Below, one piece after another: positions 50,365 through 61,200 of a stretch of 64,000 nucleotides of DNA. Under the pieces are notes generated by a model. It made no database searches, was not told where the DNA came from, and saw only the letters and a list, made by a program, of their open reading frames with translations. The position numbers and the translations under genes were made by a program. The stretch is from Balanoglossus misakiensis (lineage: Eukaryota > Animalia > Hemichordata), in NCBI GenBank assembly GCA_040954595.2, contig CM082597.2:786786-850785 (forward strand), read 5' to 3'. Numbering within the stretch: the stretch's first letter is position 1; the number at the start of each line of letters is the position of its first letter.

Positions 50365-51561
50365 TTATAAATTTCCTTTTAAAGGTAGAGTGTCTACAAA
50401 CGACAATGTCATATCTGTTAGTTCGTTCTCACTCTGGATAAGTTTATAACCAAGTTCCTGGATGACGTCACTACATGCGCCCTGCACAAGCTCCACGTCT
50501 TTCATTTTGAGGTCCGTCCTCCACGCCTGCGCAGTACTGGTGGAATTTCTTTTGGTGTCCATCGAGCCTCTTGATGGGTTCTTCTTGCTTTGTGTATTAC
50601 CTTTAATCCAATGCAAGACTTCATCTGATGCCTGAAGTCCAAACATTTCATACAGCTCCAAAGCTTTCTGTGTGACGTTACTCACTATGTCTTCGTAGCG
50701 CAACACCATCAATTTGCTCAATGCCCGCGGGGATGCACTCTTCAATACTGCTATGTTTCGCGCCAACCATTTGCAATAGTCGTGCACGTTAGCCGGATGT
50801 AGCGCGATGGTGGTATCGTCCATCGGTCTGGCGATCCCAAGTTCCTGTAGAGACTTGTATGTTGAAAAGTGGAATTTGAAATGCTTCCTGGACGAGGCTA
50901 CTGCTCTCGGATCCCGAACGAGCAATACAACTTTTAAGTCGAAACATTCTCGCTCCAATAATGGCAACAGATACTCCAAATTGTCCACACGTATACTTTT
51001 CATTACCATAGCTTCATATCTGGAACAAGTATCAACCAGTTCGGAGATTTTCACAGTCGGACAACGCGTCTTCGAATCGCAAATTCTCTGCAATGCCTTA
51101 CTCTCGAATATCGCCAAACTCCATCTCTGTATCTGGTACGCGTAATACGTTAAAAAGTCACAATGATAGAAACTGTGGAGTAATTCTGCAGACATCTCTC
51201 CACGGTATGTGTCTGGTATGGCGTTCAATTTTACCATATCCGGGATGACGCGTAAGGGTTCGAACAGGTAGAAGACGTTAGGGTTTTGATTGAAGAGCTC
51301 GCCGATGAAAGTAGATCCGGTCCTCGCCTTTGCGGCAAACAATATGTGTTTCCTTGGTTTCTGTATCGGGCATGTCGTCAGCTCAGCTGCATGTGACGAC
51401 GTGGCATTTCCAAACACCGACATCAGCCGGTTCCAGCTGTAGCGACTTTCACCTGGTCGGTTGTGCAGACTGACATCTAAACCGTTGTAGAGGAAAACGC
51501 ATGAGCCGACAATCAAACATGCAATCATAAAAAGGAGAGGTTTCTTGAAGGCAGCGTCCAT
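50365..51561 (-). CDS. Golgi carbohydrate 6-O-sulfotransferase, CHST1-like, intronless, 398 aa (tandem paralog)
   Basis: Type II TM anchor; AKARTGSTFIGELFNQNPNVFYLFEP; LKVVLLVRDPRAVASSR; LRYED; AWR...VQGACSDVIQELGY. Confidence 0.94.
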   Translation of the reverse strand: MDAAFKKPLLFMIACLIVGSCVFLYNGLDVSLHNRPGESRYSWNRLMSVFGNATSSHAAELTTCPIQKPRKHILFAAKARTGSTFIGELFNQNPNVFYLFEPLRVIPDMVKLNAIPDTYRGEMSAELLHSFYHCDFLTYYAYQIQRWSLAIFESKALQRICDSKTRCPTVKISELVDTCSRYEAMVMKSIRVDNLEYLLPLLERECFDLKVVLLVRDPRAVASSRKHFKFHFSTYKSLQELGIARPMDDTTIALHPANVHDYCKWLARNIAVLKSASPRALSKLMVLRYEDIVSNVTQKALELYEMFGLQASDEVLHWIKGNTQSKKNPSRGSMDTKRNSTSTAQAWRTDLKMKDVELVQGACSDVIQELGYKLIQSENELTDMTLSFVDTLPLKGNL

Positions 51562-52256
51562 CTTTTGATATCAGAAGGATCCTATGTTATTGACACGAGT
51601 CGTGGTCTGCCTCCTGGTGACGCTATGATAAATGAATCGTGAATTCACTCGAAAAAAACACCTAAAATTTGAAAGACAAAGGTATCTAATTAACAAGCGA
51701 CTCTGCTTATATAATTGCAGCCTGTTCTCAATTCTGCTAAAACGCGAGCGGGCAACAAAAGATATTTTAAAAGTGACGAAAGTGGAAAGTGGGAAACCTT
51801 ATCAAAGCCTAACGCATCGTCGAATGTCGAAAAAACAAATTTTTCAGTGAAGACTTTCAATATTTCCACTTAAGCGAGTAACACATGGTGCCATTAATTT
51901 TACAAATATGACATTTTCTTTTTCTAATTCGTCATTGTTCGGGGACGATGCACAGCTTGCTTGCATAAGAGGTCAAAGGTCAAAGTTTAAAGCACTCGTT
52001 TTCCTTACAGATGACCCGACAATAATTTTCATCTGGTACACTGCTCACCATGAGAACCATAACAGATTAAAATTACGCGATTCAAAGACCTGTTAATCAT
52101 ATGTGACCCTCAAACTTATGCCACGCGGTTCTTCATTTCATTTCGTTACGCACAACCGTGCGGTTCCATGGTGGCTGTGATATCAGTGGTCCGTAGACGA
52201 CGGTGATTTTTGGAGGCCTACTACTCTCCGTTAATGATTTTTTTTAAAAAAAGACC

Positions 52257-55200
52257 AATTTTCGAGTTGCCGAATTTCGAGATTTTCGGCCGATTTGAAC
52301 ATTTGTCATGGGTTAACCATCATGGTTTTTGTCGAAAAACCGCGAATTTTCGAGTTGCCGAATTTCGAGATTTTCGGCCGATTTGAACATTTTTCATGGG
52401 TTAACCATCATGGTTTTTGTCGAAAAACCGCGAATTTTCGAGTTGCCGAATTTCGAGATTTTCGGCCGATTTGAACATTTTTCATGGGTTAACCATCATG
52501 GTTTTTGTCGAAAAACCGCGAATTTTCGAGTTGCCGAATTTCGAGATTTTCGGCCGATTTGAACATTTTTCATGGGTTAACCATCATGGTTTTTGTCGAA
52601 AAACCGCGAATTTTCGAGTTGCCGAATTTCGAGATTTTCGGCCGATTTGAACATTTTTCATGGGTTAACCATCATGGTTTTTGTCGAAAAACCGCGAATT
52701 TTCGAGTTGCCGAATTTCGAGATTTTCGGCCGATTTGAACATTTTTCATGGGTTAACCATCATGGTTTTTGTCGAAAAACCGCGAATTTTCGAGTTGCCG
52801 AATTTCGAGATTTTCGGCCGATTTGAACATTTTTCATGGGTTAACCATCATGGTTTTTGTCGAAAAACCGCGAATTTTCGAATTGCCGAATTTCGAGATT
52901 TTCGGCCGATTTGAACATTTTTCATGGGTTAACCATCATGGTTTTTGTCGAAAAACCGCGAATTTTCGAGTTGCCGAATTTCGAGATTTTCGGCCGATTT
53001 GAACATTTTTCATGGGTTAACCATCATGGTTTTTGTCGAAAAACCGCGAATTTTCGAGTTGCCGAATTTCGCGATTTTCGGCCGATTTGAACATTTTTCA
53101 TGGGTTAACCATCATGGTTTTTGTCGAAAAACCGTGAATTTTCGAGTTGCCGAATTTCGAGATTTTCGGCCGATTTGAACATTTTTCATGGGTTAACCAT
53201 CATGGTTTTTGTCGAAAAACCGCGAATTTTCGAGTTGCCGAATTTCGAGATTTTCGGCCGATTTGAACATTTTTCATGGGTTAACCATCATGGTTTTTGT
53301 CGAAAAACCGCGAATTTTCGAGTTGCCGAATTTCGAGATTTTCGGCCGATTTGAACATTTTTCATGGGTTAACCATCATGGTTTTTGTCGAAAAACCGCG
53401 AATTTTCGAGTTGCCGAATTTCGAGATTTTCGGCCGATTTGAACATTTTTCATGGGTTAACCATCATGGTTTTTGTCGAAAAACCGCGAATTTTCGAGTT
53501 GCCGAATTTCGAGATTTTCGGCCGATTTGAACATTTTTCATGGGTTAACCATCATGGTTTTTGTCGAAAAACCGCGAATTTTCGAGTTGCCGAATTTCGA
53601 GATTTTCGGCCGATTTGAACATTTTTCATGGGTTAACCATCATGGTTTTTGTCGAAAAACCGCGAATTTTCGAATTGCCGAATTTCGAGATTTTCGGCCG
53701 ATTTGAACATTTTTCATGGGTTAACCATCATGGTTTTTGTCGAAAAACCGCGAATTTTCGAGTTGCCGAATTTCGAGATTTTCGGCCGATTTGAACATTT
53801 TTCATGGGTTAACCATCATGGTTTTTGTCGAAAAACCGCGAATTTTCGAGTTGCCGAATTTCGAGATTTTCGGCCGATTTGAACATTTTTCATGGGTTAA
53901 CCATCATGGTTTTTGTCGAAAAACCGCGAATTTTCGAGTTGCCGAATTTCGAGATTTTCGGCCGATTTGAACATTTTTCATGGGTTAACCATCATGGTTT
54001 TTGTCGAAAAACCGCGAATTTTCGAGTTGCCGAATTTCGAGATTTTCGGCCGATTTGAACATTTTTCATGGGTTAACCATCATGGTTTTTGTCGAAAAAC
54101 CGCGAATTTTCGAGTTGCCGAATTTCGAGATTTTCGGCCGATTTGAACATTTTTCATGGGTTAACCATCATGGTTTTTGTCGAAAAACCGCGAATTTTCG
54201 AGTTGCCGAATTTCGAGATTTTCGGCCGATTTGAACATTTTTCATGGGTTAACCATCATGGTTTTTGTCGAAAAACCGCGAATTTTCGAGTTGCCGAGTT
54301 TCGCGATTTTCGGCCGATTTGAACATTTTTCATGGGTTAACCATCATGGTTTTTGTCGAAAAACCGCGAATTTTCGAGTTGCCGAATTTCGAGATTTTCG
54401 GCCGATTTGAACATTTTTCATGGGTTAACCATCATGGTTTTTGCCGAAAAACCGCGAATTTTCGAGTTGCCGAATTTCGAGATTTTCGGCCGATTTGAAC
54501 ATTTTTCATGGGTTAACCATCATGGTTTTTGCCGAAAAACCGCGAATTTTCGAGTTGCCGAATTTCGAGATTTTCGGCCGATTTGAACATTTTTCATGGG
54601 TTAACCATCATGGTTTTTGTCGAAAAACCGCGAATTTTCGAGTTGCCGAATTTCGAGATTTTCGGCCGATTTGAACATTTTTCATGGGTTAACCATCATG
54701 GTTTTTGTCGAAAAACCGCGAATTTTCGAGTTGCCGAATTTCGAGATTTTCGGCCGATTTGAACATTTTTCATGGGTTAACCATCATGGTTTTTGCCGAA
54801 AAACCGCGAATTTTCGAGTTGCCGAATTTCGAGATTTTCGGCCGATTTGAACATTTTTCATGGGTTAACCATCATGGTTTTTGCCGAAAAACCGCGAATT
54901 TTCGAGTTGCCGAATTTCGAGATTTTCGGCCGATTTGAACATTTTTCATGGGTTAACCATCATGGTTTTTGTCGAAAAACCGCGAATTTTCGAGTTGCCG
55001 AATTTCGAGATTTTCGGCCGATTTGAACATTTTTCATGGGTTAACCATCATGGTTTTTGTCGAAAAACCGCGAATTTTCGAGTTGCCAAATTTCGAGATT
55101 TTCGGCCGATTTGAACATTTTTCATGGGTTAACCATCATGGTTTTTGTCGAAAAACCGCGAATTTTCGAGTTGCCGAATTTCGAGATTTTCGGCCGATTT

Positions 55201-58200
55201 GAACATTTTTCATGGGTTAACCATCATGGTTTTTGTCGAAAAACCGCGAATTTTCGAGTTGCCGAATTTCGAGATTTTCGGCCGATTTGAACATTTTTCA
55301 TGGGTTAACCATCATGGTTTTTGTCGAAAAACCGCGAATTTTCGAGTTGCCGAATTTCGAGATTTTCGGCCGATTTGAACATTTTTCATGGGTTAACCAT
55401 CATGGTTTTTGTCGAAAAACCGCGAATTTTCGAGTTGCCGAATTTCGAGATTTTCGGCCGATTTGAACATTTTTCATGGGTTAACCATCATGGTTTTTGT
55501 CGAAAAACCGCGAATTTTCGAGTTGCCGAATTTCGAGATTTTCGGCCGATTTGAACATTTTTCATGGGTTAACCATCATGGTTTTTGTCGAAAAACCGCG
55601 AATTTTCGAGTTGCCGAATTTCAAGATTTTCGGCCGATTTGAACATTTTTCATGGGTTAACCATCATGGTTTTTGTCGAAAAACCGCGAATTTTCGAGTT
55701 GCCGAATTTCGAGATTTTCGGCCGATTTGAACATTTTTCATGGGTTAACCATCATGGTTTTTGTCGAAAAACCGCGAATTTTCGAGTTGCCGAATTTCGA
55801 GATTTTCGGCCGATTTGAACATTTTTCATGGGTTAACCATCATGGTTTTTGTCGAAAAACCGCGAATTTTCGAGTTGCCGAATTTCGAGATTTTCGGCCG
55901 ATTTGAACATTTTTCATGGGTTAACCATTATGGTTTTTGTCGAAAAACCGCGAATTTTCGAGTTGCCGAATTTCGAGATTTTCGGCCGATTTGAACATTT
56001 TTCATGGGTTAACCATCATGGTTTTTGTCGAAAAACCGCGAATTTTCGAGTTGCCGAATTTCGAGATTTTCGGCCGATTTGAACATTTTTCATGGGTTAA
56101 CCATCATGGTTTTTGTCGAAAAACCGCGAATTTTCGAGTTGCCGAATTTCGAGATTTTCGGCCGATTTGAACATTTTTCATGGGTTAACCATCATGGTTT
56201 TTGTCGAAAAACCGCGAATTTTCGAGTTGCCGAATTTCGAGATTTTCGGCCGATTTGAACATTTTTCATGGGTTAACCATCATGGTTTTTGTCGAAAAAC
56301 CGCGAATTTTCGAGTTGCCGAATTTCGAGATTTTCGGCCGATTTGAACATTTTTCATGGGTTAACCATCATGGTTTTTGTCGAAAAACCGCGAATTTTCG
56401 AGTTGCCGAATTTCGAGATTTTCGGCCGATTTGAACATTTTTCATGGGTTAACCATCATGGTTTTTGTCGAAAAACCGCGAATTTTCGAGTTGCCGAATT
56501 TCGAGATTTTCGGCCGATTTGAACATTTTTCATGGGTTAACCATCATGGTTTTTGTCGAAAAACCGCGAATTTTCGAGTTGCCGAATTTCGAGATTTTCG
56601 GCCGATTTGAACATTTTTCATGGGTTAACCATCATGGTTTTTGTCGAAAAACCGCGAATTTTCGAGTTGCCGAATTTCGCGATTTTCGGCCGATTTGAAC
56701 ATTTTTCATGGGTTAACCATCATGGTTTTTGTCGAAAAACCGTGAATTTTCGAGTTGCCGAATTTCGAGATTTTCGGCCGATTTGAACATTTTTCATGGG
56801 TTAACCATCATGGTTTTTGTCGAAAAACCGCGAATTTTCGAGTTGCCGAATTTCGAGATTTTCGGCCGATTTGAACATTTTTCATGGGTTAACCATCATG
56901 GTTTTTGTCGAAAAACCGCGAATTTTCGAGTTGCCGAATTTCGAGATTTTCGGCCGATTTGAACATTTTTCATGGGTTAACCATCATGGTTTTTGTCGAA
57001 AAACCGCGAATTTTCGAGTTGCCGAATTTCGAGATTTTCGGCCGATTTGAACATTTTTCATGGGTTAACCATCATGGTTTTTGTCGAAAAACCGCGAATT
57101 TTCGAGTTGCCGAATTTCGAGATTTTCGGCCGATTTGAACATTTTTCATGGGTTAACCATCATGGTTTTTGTCGAAAAACCGCGAATTTTCGAGTTGCCG
57201 AATTTCGAGATTTTCGGCCGATTTGAACATTTTTCATGGGTTAACCATCATGGTTTTTGTCGAAAAACCGCGAATTTTCGAGTTGCCGAATTTCGAGATT
57301 TTCGGCCGATTTGAACATTTTTCATGGGTTAACCATCATGGTTTTTGTCGAAAAACCGCGAATTTTCGAGTTGCCGAATTTCGCGATTTTCGGCCGATTT
57401 GAACATTTTTCATAGGTTAACCATCATGGTTTTTGTCGAAAAACCGCGAATTTTCGAGTTGCCGAGTTTCGCGATTTTCAGCCGATTTGAACATTTTTCA
57501 TGGGTTAACCATCATGGTTTTTGTCGAAATACCGCGAATTTTCGAGTTGCCGAGTTTCGCGATTTTCGGCCGATTTGAACATTTTTCATGGGTTAACCAT
57601 CATGGTTTTTGTCGAAAAACCGCGAATTTTCGAGTTGCCGAATTTCGCGATTTTCGGCCGATTTGAACATTTTTCATGGGTTAACCATCATGGTTTTTGT
57701 CGAAAAACCGCGAATTTTCGAGTTGCCGAATTTCGCGATTTTCGGCCGATTTGAACATTTTTCATGGGTTAACCATCATGGTTTTTGTCGAAAAACCGCG
57801 AAATTTCGAGTTGCCGAATTTCGCGATTTTCGGCCGATTTGAACATTTTTCATGGGTTAACCATCATGGTTTTTGTCGAAAAACCGCGAATTTTCGAGTT
57901 GCCGAATTTCGCGATTTTCGGCCGATTTGAACATTTTTCATGGGTTAACCATCATGGTTTTTGTCGAAAAACCGCGAAATTTCGAGTTGCCGAATTTCGC
58001 GATTTTCGGCCGATTTGAACATTTTTCATGGGTTAACCATCATGGTTTTTGTCGAAAAACCGCGAATTTTCGAGTTGCCGAATTTCGCGATTTTCGGCCG
58101 ATTTGAACATTTTTCATGGGTTAACCATCATGGTTTTTGTCGAAAAACCGCGAATTTTCGAGTTGCCGAATTTCGAGATTTTCGGCCGATTTGAACATTT

Positions 58201-61200
58201 TTCATGGGTTAACCATCATGGTTTTTGTCGAAAAACCGCGAATTTTCGAGTTGCCGAATTTCGCGATTTTCGGCCGATTTGAACATTTTTCATGGGTTAA
58301 CCATCATGGTTTTTGTCGAAAAACCGTGAATTTTCGAGTTGCCGAATTTCGCGATTTTCGGCCGATTTGAACATTTTTCATGGGTTAACCATCATGGTTT
58401 TTGTCGAAAAACCGCGAATTTTCGAGTTGCCGAATTTCGAGATTTTCGGCCGATTTGAACATTTTTCATGGGTTAACCATCATGGTTTTTGTCGAAAAAC
58501 CGCGAAATTTCGAGTTGCCGAATTTCGCGATTTTCGGCCGATTTGAACATTTTTCATGGGTTAACCATCATGGTTTTTGTCGAAAAACCGCGAATTTTCG
58601 AGTTGCCGAATTTCGCGATTTTCGGCCGATTTGAACATTTTTCATGGGTTAACCATCATGGTTTTTGTCGAAAAACCGCGAAATTTCGAGTTGCCGAATT
58701 TCGCTATTTTCGGCCGATTTGAACATTTTTCATGGGTTAACCATCATGGTTTTTGTCTAAAAACCGCGAATTTTCGAGTTGCCGAATTTCGCGATTTTCG
58801 GCCGATTTGAACATTTTTCATGGGTTAACCATCATGGTTTTTGTCGAAAAACCGCGAATTTTCGAGTTGCCGAATTTCGAGATTTTCGGCCGATTTGAAC
58901 ATTTTTCATGGGTTAACCATCATGGTTTTTGTCGAAAAACCGCGAATTTTCGAGTTGCCGAATTTCGCGATTTTCGGCCGATTTGAACATTTTTCATGGG
59001 TTAACCATCATGGTTTTTGTCGAAAAACCGCGAATTTTCGAGTTGCCGAATTTCGAGATTTTCGGCCGATTTGAACATTTTTCATGGGTTAACCATCATG
59101 GTTTTTGTCGAAAAACCGCGAATTTTCGAGTTGCCGAATTTCGAGATTTTCGGCCGATTTGAACATTTTTCATGGGTTAACCATCATGGTTTTTGTCGAA
59201 AAACCGCGAATTTTCGAGTTGCCGAATTTCGAGATTTTCGGCCGATTTGAACATTTTTCATGGGTTAACCATCATGGTTTTTGTCGAAAAACCGCGAATT
59301 TTCGAGTTGCCGAATTTCGAGATTTTCGGCCGATTTGAACATTTTTCATGGGTTAACCATCATGGTTTTTGTCGAAAAACCGCGAATTTTCGAGTTGCCG
59401 AATTTCGAGATTTTCGGCCGATTTGAACATTTTTCATGGGTTAACCATCATGGTTTTTGTCGAAAAACCGCGAATTTTCGAGTTGCCGAATTTCGAGATT
59501 TTCGGCCGATTTGAACATTTTTCATGGGTTAACCATCATGGTTTTTGTCGAAAAACCGCGAATTTTCGAGTTGCCGAATTTCGAGATTTTCGGCCGATTT
59601 GAACATTTTTCATGGGTTAACCATCATGGTTTTTGTCGAAAAACCGCGAATTTTCGAGTTGCCGAATTTCGCGATTTTCGGCCGATTTGAACATTTTTCA
59701 TGGGTTAACCATCATGGTTTTTGTCGAAAAACCGCGAATTTTCGAGTTGCCGAATTTCGCGATTTTCGGCCGATTTGAACATTTTTCATGGGTTAACCAT
59801 CATAGTTTTTGTCAAAAAACCGCGAATTTTCGAGTTGCCGAATTTCGAGATTTTCGGCCGATTTGAACATTTTTCATGGGTTAACCATCATGGTTTTTGT
59901 CGAAAAACCGCGAATTTTCGAGTTGCCGAATTTCGAGATTTTCGGCCGATTTGAACATTTTTCATGGGTTAACCATCATGGTTTTTGTCGAAAAACCGCG
60001 AATTTTCGAGTTGCCGAATTTCGAGATTTTCGGCCGATTTGAACATTTTTCATGGGTTAACCATCATGGTTTTTGTCGAAAAACCGCGAATTTTCGAGTT
60101 GCCGAATTTCGAGATTTTCGGCCGATTTGAACATTTTTCATGGGTTAACCATCATGGTTTTTGTCGAAAAACCGCGAATTTTCGAGTTGCCGAATTTCGA
60201 GATTTTCGGCCGATTTGAACATTTTTCATGGGTTAACCATCATGGTTTTTGTCGAAAAACCGCGAATTTTCGAGTTGCCGAATTTCGCGATTTTCGGCCG
60301 ATTTGAACATTTTTCATGGGTTAACCATCATAGTTTTTGTCGAAAAACCGCGAATTTTCGAGTTGCCGAATTTCGAGATTTTCGGCCGATTTGAACATTT
60401 TTCATGGGTTAACCATCATGGTTTTTGTCGAAAAACCGCGAATTTTCGAGTTGCCGAATTTCGAGATTTTCGGCCGATTTGAACATTTTTCATGGGTTAA
60501 CCATCATGGTTTTTGTCGAAAAACCGCGAATTTTCGAGTTGCCGAATTTCGAGATTTTCGGCCGATTTGAACATTTTTCATGGGTTAACCATCATGGTTT
60601 TTGTCGAAAAACCGCGAATTTTCGAGTTGCCGAATTTCGAGATTTTCGGCCGATTTGAACATTTTTCATGGGTTAACCATCATGGTTTTTGTCGAAAAAC
60701 CGCGAATTTTCGAGTTGCCGAATTTCGCGATTTTCGGCCGATTTGAACATTTTTCATGGGTTAACCATCATAGTTTTTGTCGAAAAACCGCGAATTTTCG
60801 AGTTGCCGAATTTCGAGATTTTCGGCCGATTTGAACATTTTTCATGGGTTAACCATCATGGTTTTTGTCGAAAAACCGCGAATTTTCGAGTTGCCGAATT
60901 TCGAGATTTTCGGCCGATTTGAACATTTTTCATGGGTTAACCATCATGGTTTTTGTCGAAAAACCGCGAATTTTCGAGTTGCCGAATTTCGAGATTTTCG
61001 GCCGATTTGAACATTTTTCATGGGTTAACCATCATGGTTTTTGTCGAAAAACCGCGAATTTTCGAGTTGCCGAATTTCGAGATTTTCGGCCGATTTGAAC
61101 ATTTTTCATGGGTTAACCATCATGGTTTTTGTCGAAAAACCGCGAATTTTCGAGTTGCCGAATTTCGAGATTTTCGGCCGATTTGAACATTTTTCATGGG

